DNA from: a virus
Taxonomy: Duplodnaviria; Caudoviricetes
DNA: 64,000 nt
Virus record (IMG/VR): IMGVR_UViG_3300031949_001696
Strand: one strand, 5' to 3'
The position numbers and the translations under genes are program-made. Below the pieces are notes generated by a model. The model saw nothing but the letters and a program-made list of their open reading frames with translations, ran no database searches and was not told the DNA's origin. Within the stretch, counting starts at the first letter, position 1. Each line of letters starts with the position of its first letter. Shown here piece after piece: positions 10,464 to 20,617 of this stretch.

Positions 10464-10871
10464 TCAGCCCGTTCGCGAATCCCCAGCACGCTCTCGGTCG
10501 CGAACTGCCGAGTGGCGCGGTGAGGCGCCGGGGGAAACTTGTTTCTTTTGCTCTTGAGACGTCTGTGCGCGCGGTTTCTGACAGAGGAATTTCTGGGCAT
10601 CGCGGAGCGCTGCTCTCCAGCCGTCGTGGCTCTCCGCACGCGTGTTGTCCGCGAGCGCTGCTTCTGCTTTCGCGATGAAGACTTCGACGGCCTGCTCGGG
10701 CGTCGTGTAGTAGTAGCGTCCGGCGTTCAGCTCGGACTTGGGAAGGAGCATGGTGAAGATGCTCTGCGCGCGAGGCTGAATGACGATCCAGTCGCGGCGG
10801 TGTTCGATCACTGCATGCGCCTCGATGCCGCTTGCGGGCGAATACGAGTAGACGTGGCGCGGCTTTTTCAT
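10464..10871 (-). CDS. Hypothetical protein
   Basis: GGAGA RBS, ATG at 10871. Confidence 0.45.
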   Translation of the reverse strand: MKKPRHVYSYSPASGIEAHAVIEHRRDWIVIQPRAQSIFTMLLPKSELNAGRYYYTTPEQAVEVFIAKAEAALADNTRAESHDGWRAALRDAQKFLCQKPRAQTSQEQKKQVSPGASPRHSAVRDRERAGDSRTG

Positions 10872-11070
10872 GGCGTCATCTCCACTGTCATCGGATCGGT
10901 AGGACGCGCCGCCCGGATCGGACAGCCGTTTGCCATCTCCGCGGCCGATCTTGTCGATTTCAACTCTCGTCATCTGCGAGTACGACGGCGAAAGGGCAGC
11001 AGATCTGACAGCAGGTTGGCGGTGATCTCTGAAAGCCGCGTCGAGACAAGCTTTTCATGGTAAAGATCGG

Positions 11071-11511
11071 TTGATGCCGTCTCATCCGCGCGTCAACGGA
11101 GGCGTCACCAGTGGCGACTCCCACGCGGCTGCGCGCGGCCGGCAAAGGCTTAAAATCTCCGGGCTCGGCTACGCTGCTTCTCGACATGGCATCGATGCGA
11201 CCGTCGAATCAGCACAGGCGGCGCGCAAGTTCCTACGCCAGAACGCTATCGAGTTCGTGGGGGCGTTACCCGGCGATCTCTTGAAGGGTCGGCGACTCGA
11301 CCGGCCAGGCGATGACGAGATGCTCTGCATCATGGCGATGGCCTACTCGTGCGCGCGGCACGGCGTCGATGCCGACGTGGGGATGGCCCGCGAGGGACTC
11401 GCCCTTTTGTGTCAGGCAGCGATCGACTTCGTCGAATCGCTACCGAAGGAAGATCAGCCGTCGAAGCGGGCGGCCGATTCGCATTTTCAACTCGACGGCG
11501 GCGCAGGATGA
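11071..11511 (+). CDS. Hypothetical helical protein with internal repeat (RHGIDA/RHGVDA, AIEFV/AIDFV)
   Basis: ORF track; stop overlaps next start. Confidence 0.5.
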   Translation: MMPSHPRVNGGVTSGDSHAAARGRQRLKISGLGYAASRHGIDATVESAQAARKFLRQNAIEFVGALPGDLLKGRRLDRPGDDEMLCIMAMAYSCARHGVDADVGMAREGLALLCQAAIDFVESLPKEDQPSKRAADSHFQLDGGAG

Positions 11512-11870
11512 GCGCGAAGCTGCCGAAGTCGTGGCCTCCGACGGCACGCCGCATCCTTTTGGACGCCGCACAGTTCTTCTATCGCCAGATGAACGAGCCG
11601 TTCGCCGTCTACGACGTGCACATGGACGAGGCCGTCGAGTGGGCGAACAAAGAACTTGAGGTGCGGCAGCGCGAGATCTACGAGGAGGCATCTCCGCGGT
11701 GGATCGACAAGTGGGAAAGCGGCAAGCTCGACGCCGAGATGAAGAAGGCAATCGACGAGACGTACGGTAGGCTCCGCCGCGCAGAGCGCGCGATTCGATC
11801 GCATTCCACCGCGAAGAAGCGCCCGCGGCAGCTCGACGCCGAGATCGCCCAGGCGCTCTCGAAGAGGTAA
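11508..11870 (+). CDS. Hypothetical protein with C-terminal RQLDAEIAQAL tag
   Basis: ATGA overlap with upstream gene; HSTAKKRPRQLDAEIAQAL. Confidence 0.6.
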   Translation: MSAKLPKSWPPTARRILLDAAQFFYRQMNEPFAVYDVHMDEAVEWANKELEVRQREIYEEASPRWIDKWESGKLDAEMKKAIDETYGRLRRAERAIRSHSTAKKRPRQLDAEIAQALSKR

Positions 11871-11916
11871 GATTGCACATGGGTCCTTTGACGCTTTCGA
11901 TCCAGGAGAAGACCGC

Positions 11917-12384
11917 GTGAGGGCCGGGTACGGGCGCGGATACTACGGCGAAGGTCAGCTCGCGCGCAGCGCCCCGCGTCGTCGGAGCTGGTTCACTGTT
12001 GTTGCCGTCCTCGGTGTCGGCGCCGCGGTGGTGTGGCTCTTGTGGCCGCGTGGATCGTCGCCCGAGCCTATGTACGGGGGCAAGGAGTCCGAAGCTCCTC
12101 CGCCTCCGCCTCCGCCGTCAGGAGCCCAGATCCAGATCAGTCCTCCGACGTCGTTGCTGCTCCAGATCAGCGCGCCCGCCGAGGCTTCTCCGCCCGGTGT
12201 GGCGGTGGGTGCCTTCCTCAAGCAGCTCGAGGACGACGCGCTCTTGCGTGGTTTTTCGTCTACCAAGGAGTACGAGGACTCGGTGATCGCGATCGCCAAG
12301 GAGCTTGGGGCCACGGGCACGAAGGTCATGCTCGCTCCGCATCTACAGCACCTCGCCCCGCGCTTGGGGTCTTCGGCGCCGTGA
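11917..12384 (+). CDS. Membrane-anchored Pro-rich protein
   Basis: Gly/Tyr-rich N-terminus, one hydrophobic helix, poly-Pro; AGGAG RBS. Confidence 0.55.
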   Translation: MRAGYGRGYYGEGQLARSAPRRRSWFTVVAVLGVGAAVVWLLWPRGSSPEPMYGGKESEAPPPPPPPSGAQIQISPPTSLLLQISAPAEASPPGVAVGAFLKQLEDDALLRGFSSTKEYEDSVIAIAKELGATGTKVMLAPHLQHLAPRLGSSAP

Positions 12385-14426
12385 GCGATCCCGCTTCGTC
12401 TGCCCGCCGCTTTGTCTGCCGCGCATGCGGCCACAGGCATGCCACCTGGGCAGCACGCTGTTCGAGCTGCCGCGCGCTGGAGGGACTCACCGTCGAGTTG
12501 ATCGAGGTGCCGGTCTTGCTTCCGGCTCTTCCGCCGCAGACGCAGAGTGTTCCGCAGGTGGTGGCGCCGGAGCCGTCACGTCCGCGTCTCATGATCGCGC
12601 GCGCGCCCGAGCCTGCTCTCGAAGATCCGGCCGAGGAGCTGGTGGACGTTGCCTCGCCGGCGTCGGTGCCACTCTCCGATGTCTCCGAGACGACGTTCGC
12701 GCGCGATTTGACGGGATTGACGCCGCTCGACTACGTGCTCGGGGGCGGCCTCGTCGTGGCCTCCGTCATCTTGCTTGCGTCTCCGCGAGGGATCGGCAAA
12801 TGCCTCGGCGGCGGAACTCCCGTGCTCATGTTTGACGGGCGCTCGCTGCCTGTTGAGCAAATTTTACCGGGTGATCGTTTGATGGGTCCCGATGGCAAGT
12901 CACGTACGGTTCTCGCGACGACCGCTGGTATCGGAGAACTTTTCCGAATTGATCCGATTAAGGGTGAGCCCTGGATTTGCAACGGTGCGCATGTACTCAC
13001 GCTGGTCAACGGCCATACCGACGAAGTGATTGACGTGCCGCTTAGTGAGTGGCTCGCGAAGACACCGCACTCCGATCTGCGGCGCTATGGAAAGTTGTTC
13101 AGCACAGGCATCAACACGTTCGGAGATTCGACCGCAAACGAGCAGCATCTTTTGCCGATCGACCCTTATTTCCTTGGAGTTTGGTTCGGTGATGGAACGA
13201 AATGGCGCATCGAACGGACAACGGGCGAACAGCTCGCGAAGATTCAAATTACCAAACCCGATCCTGAGATTCTTGCGTTGTGTGAGGAACAGGGACGTTT
13301 GTGGGGTCTTCGTGTGCATACATACGAGTCCGCAACCAAGCGCGCTTCATATCAGCTTGTCGCGAATGAAGCTCCAGAAGGTGAAGGACGTTGGGCACCA
13401 AATCCATTGCTGCGTGCCCTTCGCGATATCGTTGGACCGGAGGTCAAAGTCCCCGACGCGTATCTCCGAGCCCCGCGGGGCCCGCGCCTTCAGTTTCTAG
13501 CAGGCTGGTGCGATACGGATGGCGAACTTGCGGGCACAACCTTCGTTATTTCGCAAAAGCGTGAAGACTGGGCGCGTACCATCTGGTGGCTCGCGCGCTC
13601 TCTCGGTTTCTGCGCGACCATTAAAACGCGAACCTCTCATTACACACGACCTGACGGTTCGCGCTTTGAAGGAACATACTGGGTCGTATTTATCAGCGGC
13701 GATACAGATCAAATCCCCACGCGACTACCGCGCAAGAAAGCGCCGCCTCGACGACAGAAAAAAGTCGCGACGCGGACCGGATTTACTGTGCATTCCTTGG
13801 GCGAGGGCGCTTATTACGGTTTTTCGCTCGACAGTGATGGGCGCTTCCTGCTCGGGGACTTCACTGTCACACACAATTCATCGCTAGCGCTCCAGATGCT
13901 CAACGGACTCGGGCATCGCTGTCTGTACGTATCGGGAGAGGAGACACTTGAGCAGGTGGCCATGACGGCTCGCCGTATCGGCGCGGCCTCGAAGAAGGTC
14001 AACATGCTGCCCGAGAGGAATCTCTCCATGATCTTCGCCGAGGCGCGCGCGATCCGGGCACAGACGATCGTGATCGATTCGATCCAGAAGATGCGCTGTG
14101 ATGACGTGGGCGGTCGCGCCGGTTCGCCGGGACAGCTCAAGGAGTGCACGGCGCAACTGGTCGACTACGCCAAGAACAACAGGACGGCTCTCTGGCTCAT
14201 TGGACACACGACTTCCGATGGCGACATCGCGGGGCCCATGACGATCGAGCACGAGGTCGACGTGGTGCTCGAACTGACGCAAGGCGCAAAGTTTGACGGC
14301 AATGAGCGGATCCTCACGTGCTTGGGCAAGAACAGGTTCGGACCGAGTAACCTGGTGGGACACTTCGAGCTGACCGCCAAGGGTTTTGTCTCCGTCGACG
14401 CCGACGGGTGGAACGAGGAGCTGTGA
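12381..14426 (+). CDS. radA: RadA/Sms-like ATPase with intein; lacks C-terminal Lon-like domain
   Basis: N-terminal C4 zinc finger (CRAC..CSSC), LDYVLGGG, Walker A split by intein, YVSGEE, VIDSIQ, KNRFG. Confidence 0.85.
   Translation: MSDPASSARRFVCRACGHRHATWAARCSSCRALEGLTVELIEVPVLLPALPPQTQSVPQVVAPEPSRPRLMIARAPEPALEDPAEELVDVASPASVPLSDVSETTFARDLTGLTPLDYVLGGGLVVASVILLASPRGIGKCLGGGTPVLMFDGRSLPVEQILPGDRLMGPDGKSRTVLATTAGIGELFRIDPIKGEPWICNGAHVLTLVNGHTDEVIDVPLSEWLAKTPHSDLRRYGKLFSTGINTFGDSTANEQHLLPIDPYFLGVWFGDGTKWRIERTTGEQLAKIQITKPDPEILALCEEQGRLWGLRVHTYESATKRASYQLVANEAPEGEGRWAPNPLLRALRDIVGPEVKVPDAYLRAPRGPRLQFLAGWCDTDGELAGTTFVISQKREDWARTIWWLARSLGFCATIKTRTSHYTRPDGSRFEGTYWVVFISGDTDQIPTRLPRKKAPPRRQKKVATRTGFTVHSLGEGAYYGFSLDSDGRFLLGDFTVTHNSSLALQMLNGLGHRCLYVSGEETLEQVAMTARRIGAASKKVNMLPERNLSMIFAEARAIRAQTIVIDSIQKMRCDDVGGRAGSPGQLKECTAQLVDYAKNNRTALWLIGHTTSDGDIAGPMTIEHEVDVVLELTQGAKFDGNERILTCLGKNRFGPSNLVGHFELTAKGFVSVDADGWNEEL
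12801..13877 (+). mobile_element. Intein (359 aa) with LAGLIDADG-type homing endonuclease, inserted in the Walker A motif
   Basis: GK|CLGGGT...VTHN|S junctions; YFLGVWFGDG and FLAGWCDTDG blocks; visibly lower GC. Confidence 0.92.
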
Positions 14427-14428
14427 CG

Positions 14429-15073
14429 ATGCTCGAGCGTATCTCGACAGGTCTGCGTTCGCTCGATCACGTGCTCGGTGGTGGTCTTGTTGAAGCGTCG
14501 GTGGTTTTGCTCGCGTCTCCTCCGAACATTGGCAAGTCGAGCCTGTCGCTCCAGATGCTCGCCGACCTGGGGCACAGATGTCTCTACGCTTCTGGCGAGG
14601 AGACACGCGCTCATCTCGAAGGGATGGCGCGCCGCCTCGGTGTGCTAACGCCACGCCTCTCCGTGCGCTCCGAGCGAAACCTTGCGACGATCTTCACCCA
14701 CGCGCGCGAGACGCGCGCGCAGACGATCGTGGTCGATTCGATCCAGACGATGATCTGCGAGGATGTGAACGGTCGCCGCGGATCGCCTGCTCAGGTCAAG
14801 GAGTGCGTCTCGCGCCTGGTCCATTACGCCAAGACGAACAACACGACGATCTGGATCATCGGGCATGTCACGAGCGACGGTGACGTCGCGAACAAGACGA
14901 TCGAGCACGACGTCGACGTCGTGCTCAAGCTGTCGCGGGGAGCGAAGTTCAACGGCAACGAGAGGATCCTGCGCTGTCCGAGCAAGAACCGCTATGGGCC
15001 GACCAACGCGGTGGGCCATTTCGAGCTGACCGCCAAAGGTTTCGTTCCCGTCGACGCCGATGGATGGAACTAG
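14429..15073 (+). CDS. RadA/Sms-like ATPase core paralogue, intein-free, no zinc finger
   Basis: SPPNIGKSS, YASGEE, VVDSIQ, KNRYG; colinear with the upstream exteins. Confidence 0.8.
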   Translation: MLERISTGLRSLDHVLGGGLVEASVVLLASPPNIGKSSLSLQMLADLGHRCLYASGEETRAHLEGMARRLGVLTPRLSVRSERNLATIFTHARETRAQTIVVDSIQTMICEDVNGRRGSPAQVKECVSRLVHYAKTNNTTIWIIGHVTSDGDVANKTIEHDVDVVLKLSRGAKFNGNERILRCPSKNRYGPTNAVGHFELTAKGFVPVDADGWN

Positions 15074-15946
15074 GAGCTGTGGGACTGTGAGCCAGACCAA
15101 GACGCTCGGACGCTTCAAGCTGAAGTCCTACGCGACTGCCCAGCCGCCGCTTCAGTATGCCGCGCTCGTGACCCATCGCGACACGGGCGATCAGTGGATG
15201 CTGGCGCTACATGTCGACAACCTCGACGCGTGCGAAGCAGCTCTCAACAAGTTGACGCGTGCCGAGATCGAACAATGGACGTCCACGACCCCACCACTGC
15301 AATTTCCAAAGGAGTCCTCCTGATGCGACTGCGCTGGTCTGGAGACGATCGGAAAATGTCAGGCAAGACGTCGCTCGACTGTCTGCGCATGCACTGCCAC
15401 GGCGACCACAGCGTCGAGGGCCAGCGCGGCGATGTCGATGGCGTGATGAAGCGGATCGCCACGACGTTTCAGATCGATCAGTCCTACGCAGCGCTTCCGA
15501 CCTTGGAGGAGCGCTGCGGCGCTTTTGTGAAGATCGCACTCGACTGCGGTCTGCTCGTCGACCTCGCGACCGGCCCCACGCGCCCGGAAGGCGAGCCACG
15601 TTGACGGACGCCGAGATCAAGCGACTGCGCGAGCGCTCCCACGTGCACGACGACTACTGCTACGGCCAGTACGAGCCGTGTGGCGAACATCATGGACACG
15701 ACGACAAGTGCGGCGGCCGTCCGCTCCTCTGTCGGCAGCGCGAGGACAAGGACCTGGTCGCACTGCTCGCGGAGTTCGATTGCATGCGTGATGAGCTGGC
15801 TCGCGGCGTCGAACGTGATCAGCGCGATCGCCGCGCGCGAGGGACATCGCGAACGATCGCGGCAACGCCGACCAGCGCGGTCGGTGACGCGCGATCATAA
15901 ACCACGAAACTCGCGTTTTTGCCTCTCACGGCAGTAGACTTTGGCC

Positions 15947-16249
15947 ATGTGGATCATCTTGGGAGGTCTCGCGATACTCGGAGCTCTCGTGGTTGCGCGC
16001 GCGAGCGGTTCTCCGCGAGAAGCCGCGCTGCCGAAGATCGTATACGAAGTTCACGGCTACCAAGCACGCGACGGCTATATGACGTCATCACGCTTTGAAG
16101 ACGAGCAGAAAGCGCGGCAGTACGCCCATCGCGAGCTGAAAGGACGTCCAGACATGAGCATCGCGGTCGCCACCATCATCGACGACCAGCGTCTGGGAAC
16201 TATCCTTATGGCGCATCCACCGAACTACAATCCCTGGAAGAGCATGTAA
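15947..16249 (+). CDS. Small N-terminally membrane-anchored protein
   Basis: Hydrophobic N-terminus; TAGACT 6 nt before ATG. Confidence 0.5.
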   Translation: MWIILGGLAILGALVVARASGSPREAALPKIVYEVHGYQARDGYMTSSRFEDEQKARQYAHRELKGRPDMSIAVATIIDDQRLGTILMAHPPNYNPWKSM

Positions 16250-16290
16250 TGATCGGGCGCCTTCCAACCAAGAACCGCCTCGGAATCAAG

Positions 16291-16770
16291 CTATAGCCGA
16301 CGTAACACTTTGCGGGACTGGAAGGGGACTGGAAGGTCTTCGATGTCGACGAGGACGAGCTTCACGGGATAGCCGTCGATCGAGGGCGGTAGCGCGGGTA
16401 CCGGGTAGCCGCGGAGCCAGCGCACCTCGTAGGCCGCGTTCCAGAAGGGCGGCGGGTCATGGGGATTCTGGAGGACGACGCCACGGCCGACGAGTCCCGG
16501 CAGGCGTACCTCTGCGGCGAGCTGATCCAGCGGGGTGGTGAGGAGTTTTGCGATGCCGTATGCGATGCCGTCGATCCGCGCGAAGTCCTCTGGCGAGAGC
16601 AGCGCATGCGACAGGCGCAGCAGTCGATCATCGGATAGCGCGCCGGCGCAATACAGGCGATCCGCTTCGTGACTGATCTGGTCCAGCTGTGCTTCCGAGA
16701 GCCGGCCAGCGCGACGCAGTTGATCCACGTCGTCGCAGAACTGGTTCCATGCGCCCGGGTTCGATCTCAT
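16291..16770 (-). CDS. Hypothetical protein
   Basis: ORF track, plausible composition. Confidence 0.45.
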   Translation of the reverse strand: MRSNPGAWNQFCDDVDQLRRAGRLSEAQLDQISHEADRLYCAGALSDDRLLRLSHALLSPEDFARIDGIAYGIAKLLTTPLDQLAAEVRLPGLVGRGVVLQNPHDPPPFWNAAYEVRWLRGYPVPALPPSIDGYPVKLVLVDIEDLPVPFQSRKVLRRL

Positions 16771-16809
16771 CGGCAGAACTGATGGTATCCCGTTCTTACT
16801 CTTGAAGCT

Positions 16810-17169
16810 TCAGTCGTAGTCGCAGAGCCAAATTAGCTGTCCATCAGGGAGCTTGATCGGTGGGTCGAGGGCCATGGCTGCTGCTTGGACAGTCCGCCAG
16901 GTCTCGGTAGCCTTCTCGATGTTTTTCGAGCCGATTTGTCGCTCGATAGCGGTGGCTAGATCTTCGATCGGCATCACGCCGCCCGGGATCTGATGCTCGT
17001 ATTTCCGTGCGATCGTGTTCAGGAGCGGAACAACCGCGTAGCTCGTCACTCCTTCGTAGGACGTTTGAATGCGGTGCTCGTCGAAGATCTCGTAGAGTGG
17101 GCCGTCGTCGCTGAGCGGAGGAAGCTCTACACAGCCAAAGCCGACGGCGTAGTAGGTCCCCGATCCCAT
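16810..17169 (-). CDS. Hypothetical protein
   Basis: Operon with 17173-17484. Confidence 0.5.
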   Translation of the reverse strand: MGSGTYYAVGFGCVELPPLSDDGPLYEIFDEHRIQTSYEGVTSYAVVPLLNTIARKYEHQIPGGVMPIEDLATAIERQIGSKNIEKATETWRTVQAAAMALDPPIKLPDGQLIWLCDYD

Positions 17170-17172
17170 AGG

Positions 17173-17484
17173 TCAATTACCTGACGTTTCGCGATCGCGC
17201 TCGGCCTGCTCGACGATCGCGCGGTAGTCAATGCGTTTCGCTTTGTTCATTTCCGCGTCGAGCTTTCGCACGTATTGGATCGCCGCCGTCTCGAGGTCGA
17301 GCCCGGCACCAGAGGCCGCGTCCGAGTTCTCGGCGACCGCGTTCGCGTAGCGGATTGCGACAGCTCGCAGCTCCTTGATCTCGGGAACGAGCTTCTCGAC
17401 GTCCACGCTGTCACGATTTACGGCTTTGGTCGCCGCAAGCGCGTCCAGCCACTTGGTGACATCGTCGTGCTCTTCGTCGCTCAT
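17173..17484 (-). CDS. Hypothetical helical protein
   Basis: GAGGT RBS. Confidence 0.5.
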   Translation of the reverse strand: MSDEEHDDVTKWLDALAATKAVNRDSVDVEKLVPEIKELRAVAIRYANAVAENSDAASGAGLDLETAAIQYVRKLDAEMNKAKRIDYRAIVEQAERDRETSGN

Positions 17485-17495
17485 CGCACCTCTTG

Positions 17496-19328
17496 CTAGC
17501 TGACGACGCGCAGGGTCTTTCGCCCGGCCGGTACCGGCGGACGACGAGCGTCGTCGTCGTCAACGCCGCTGATTTCCGGCGCGATCGTGACAACCGCCTT
17601 CTTCTTCGCGACACGATCCGCGGCTCTGCGCGCGACGTCGAGTAGGTTCTCGCGCACCCTCTCGCGCGCCTGGCTTTCCTTCTTCGTTGCGATTGCTATG
17701 ACGCGGTCACGGAGACGGCGCAGCCTGCCGCGTCGGTGCGTGCCGACCTCGTAGACGAGATCCGCCGCCGTGCAGCCGACCGTGTGGGGCGATCGATGGC
17801 GTGCATGCGTGAGGGCCGGGTGCTTCTTCAGGTAGGCGCGCACCTCGTCGATCGACATGCCTACGTCGATAAGGGCCTGCGCAACTTCGCGCTCGGCGAG
17901 CTGCTTGGCCTTGAACAGCTGCATCTGGACGCGACTGTAGACGTTGACGGCTCCGTCGCCGTTGGTCTCGATCGGCAGGAAGATGCCCTGCGGATAGAGC
18001 TCGGTGATCATCGACTGGATCCCGTCGGAGACCGATGAGGATGGCATGCAGCCGAACGGCTTCACCGAGAGTGTCATGTTGACCTTCTGGTACACGACGT
18101 TCTGGATGAGCTTGCCGACCTCCATGTGCCCCTCGCCGCCCCGCAGGTTGTTGTCGTAGAACGCGTGACTGATCTCGGCGATCTGGTCCATGTCGGGCAG
18201 GTGGTAGTCGGCAAGACCCATCGCGCGGGCGAATACCTGGAACAGCCCGCGCAACACTTTCTCGGCGGCCCACAGGGATGCGAGGTGCTTGCGCACGTCG
18301 ACGTCTTTGAGGCTGAACTTGCTGCCGCCCTCGGCCAGGGTGGGATCCGTGCCGCGCAGGTTCGCACGCTGTTTGGTGTCGTAGCGACTCTCCCACATCA
18401 TGTAGAGCAGCCACGCGGTGACGAGCTGGATCTCGGGCTCGGCTCCTTCTGCTTCGAGGAAGCGCTGAAGACCGTAGCTGCCGTCGCCCTCGGTCGTCAT
18501 GGCCCAGAATTCGCCGATGATGCCGACGCGCGGCTTCACTCGCGTGCGATCGACCTCCACCTTGCCGAGCACGCCCCGGACCTTCCACAGCGCGCGCGCG
18601 ATCAGCGTGTTGTGCTCGAGCGCGTCGGCGATGATCTTCTTGCTGGTTTCGATCGCGCGGTCACCTGCGCCCGGTTGCACTTCGTAGGGCCGGATGCGGT
18701 AGCCGATCGCGTTGAGCACGTCGCCGATGAGGATGGCCCGTACGAGCTGCCAGAAGAATTGCGGGTTCATTTCCAGGCCGACGCCCTCGCCAGTTGCCTG
18801 CTTGAGGCCGCCTGTTTGCTGGAACAGGAGTACGCGGAAGCCATCGAAGCCCGCGTCGCGGAGTGCCTTCCGGTATTCGGTGACGTACGTGCCGAATCGG
18901 CACGGGCCACACGCGCCGGCCGTGACGAACACGTGGTTCTTCACGATGTCGTCCTTGCTCATGCCGCGCTCGCGCAGCCCGTCGAGGTACTTCACGAGAT
19001 TGCCGACGGTGAAGTACGTCGGATTGCACTGGCCGCGGTTGCCGTACTCGCGGCCGTACTGGAGCGCGTCGGTGTCGGGGACGTCGAGCGCGAGCACCTT
19101 GTAACCGATGCCCCGCAGTGCCGCTTGGATGAAGAGGTCGTGCGCCATCGTGAGGCCGCAGACCAGGAGCGTCGTGTGCTCGCGCTGGCTCCTGGTGAAC
19201 GCGCGGGGCACTTCGTCGAACCAGTGCTTCGCGGGTTCGACCGGTAGGCCGAAGCGCCGCCGCTCCTCGATCTCGAACTGTCTGAGCTGCTTCTCGATCG
19301 CTTCAATGCTGTCGGGCTCGATAGTCAT
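17496..19328 (-). CDS. 2-hydroxyacyl-CoA dehydratase-related protein (CoA-activase-associated family)
   Basis: GQCNPTYFTVG, GACGPCRFG, IIGE, GGEGHMEVGK, KPFGCMP Cys motifs. Confidence 0.7.
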   Translation of the reverse strand: MTIEPDSIEAIEKQLRQFEIEERRRFGLPVEPAKHWFDEVPRAFTRSQREHTTLLVCGLTMAHDLFIQAALRGIGYKVLALDVPDTDALQYGREYGNRGQCNPTYFTVGNLVKYLDGLRERGMSKDDIVKNHVFVTAGACGPCRFGTYVTEYRKALRDAGFDGFRVLLFQQTGGLKQATGEGVGLEMNPQFFWQLVRAILIGDVLNAIGYRIRPYEVQPGAGDRAIETSKKIIADALEHNTLIARALWKVRGVLGKVEVDRTRVKPRVGIIGEFWAMTTEGDGSYGLQRFLEAEGAEPEIQLVTAWLLYMMWESRYDTKQRANLRGTDPTLAEGGSKFSLKDVDVRKHLASLWAAEKVLRGLFQVFARAMGLADYHLPDMDQIAEISHAFYDNNLRGGEGHMEVGKLIQNVVYQKVNMTLSVKPFGCMPSSSVSDGIQSMITELYPQGIFLPIETNGDGAVNVYSRVQMQLFKAKQLAEREVAQALIDVGMSIDEVRAYLKKHPALTHARHRSPHTVGCTAADLVYEVGTHRRGRLRRLRDRVIAIATKKESQARERVRENLLDVARRAADRVAKKKAVVTIAPEISGVDDDDARRPPVPAGRKTLRVVS

Positions 19329-19447
19329 GAGATTGCGCGTCAGTCTAACTGGTATCGGCGATCTCTCCGCGGCGCTGGGAGGCTGAATTCTTGCCTGAGA
19401 TCGGTAGGGATCTCGTGGTTGTCAGACCCCGGGCGTAGCTTTCGTTC

Positions 19448-19747
19448 ATGGCCAAGAAGCAGACACGTCGGAGCGTTTCTTTGAACCGGAACGACTACGA
19501 AGCCGCGAAGCAGGAGGCCGCTTGCCGCGGTCTGACCCTCGCGGCACTCGTTGAGTCCGGGCTCGCCGCGATCGGCGTTCCGGTCGTGCCGCACCCACAG
19601 CAACCAGTCGCCCTCGTGCAGGCGAGCCTCGCCCGCCGGGCCGAGAGCATGGCGGCACGGCATGCCCGCCAGGCCCAGCCGCAACGCCAGTCGCGCGCGC
19701 GCCAGATGCTCGGAGATCACGCCGTGGACGCTCACGGCTTTCAGTGA
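19448..19747 (+). CDS. Small basic protein, possible ribbon-helix-helix
   Basis: RRSVSL strand then two helices. Confidence 0.4.
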   Translation: MAKKQTRRSVSLNRNDYEAAKQEAACRGLTLAALVESGLAAIGVPVVPHPQQPVALVQASLARRAESMAARHARQAQPQRQSRARQMLGDHAVDAHGFQ

Positions 19748-20106
19748 CCCGTTGGAGAGATTGGCGGCAGTGGTGGTCGAGCCTGGATCGTGAGGATCGT
19801 CGTACCGTTCGTGCATGGCTCGACGAGCATCCGCCCCCTGATCGATGGGTCGAGGGAAAAACTGCATACGCCTTTACGGAGATGCCGTCAGTGGTGTTAT
19901 CCAGGAGGGGATCATGATGAGATCCCAGCAAGATCGGAACAAGCGCCGCGCGCTGATCGTCCGTCGATGGTCCGCGTACCGTATCGGACGGGCACAACGC
20001 GAGCACTGGCGCAGGAAACGGGAAGCTCAGCCCGACGACACCGACGAAGTCGTCGGTGACTCTGACTTGTTGGCGGAGCTGCCCGATGGCCTGGTAGGAT
20101 AGCTGC

Positions 20107-20613
20107 ATGAAGGATAAGCTGTCCGTACCGAAACCTGCGCACGCCCCTGCTGACGGATGGCTCGGTTTCGACAGCCGCGGGGGTCGCCTGCTAGCTGGTG
20201 AGGTGACTCGAACCGGGGATGTCGCGCCCGGGGGCTTCGTCGCAATCGCCTCCACGCCGCAGATGCCGTTTCGTGGAGAACGTCTGTTCGTTCACCAGCC
20301 GATCGCGTCCTCGTTCATCATCCATTCGCTGCGCGTCGGACAGATGGAGACGACGGTCGCGTGCATGCCGATTCCGGCCGACGCGTTCGCGACGCGCATG
20401 GATGCACTCGCACAGATCGACGAGATGTTCGCACGCGACAAGGTCATCGAGATCCAGGTGGGTAAGAGCGGCGCCGAGCTGCTCGGATCTCCGTGGACGC
20501 TGCCGATCGCGATGCACGGCATCATGATCACGCTCTCGATCGAGAACATCGGTGACCGTCCGCTGCGCTTCCTTGCAGGCATGCTCGGCAAGGTCCTGCC
20601 GGTGCCGGTGTAG
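20107..20613 (+). CDS. Beta-sandwich protein related to the repeated domain of 38949-39986
   Basis: PFRGERLFV..FIIHSLRVG..IPADAF pattern. Confidence 0.5.
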   Translation: MKDKLSVPKPAHAPADGWLGFDSRGGRLLAGEVTRTGDVAPGGFVAIASTPQMPFRGERLFVHQPIASSFIIHSLRVGQMETTVACMPIPADAFATRMDALAQIDEMFARDKVIEIQVGKSGAELLGSPWTLPIAMHGIMITLSIENIGDRPLRFLAGMLGKVLPVPV

Positions 20614-20617
20614 ATCG

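Noticed and set aside
15071-15082. TAG read-through or recoding (TAG GAG CTG in RadA copy 2 versus GAG GAG CTG TGA in copy 1)
   Set aside because: A single substitution three codons from the end explains it. TAG and TGA end the two oxygenase paralogues at the same position, and no suppressor tRNA was seen.
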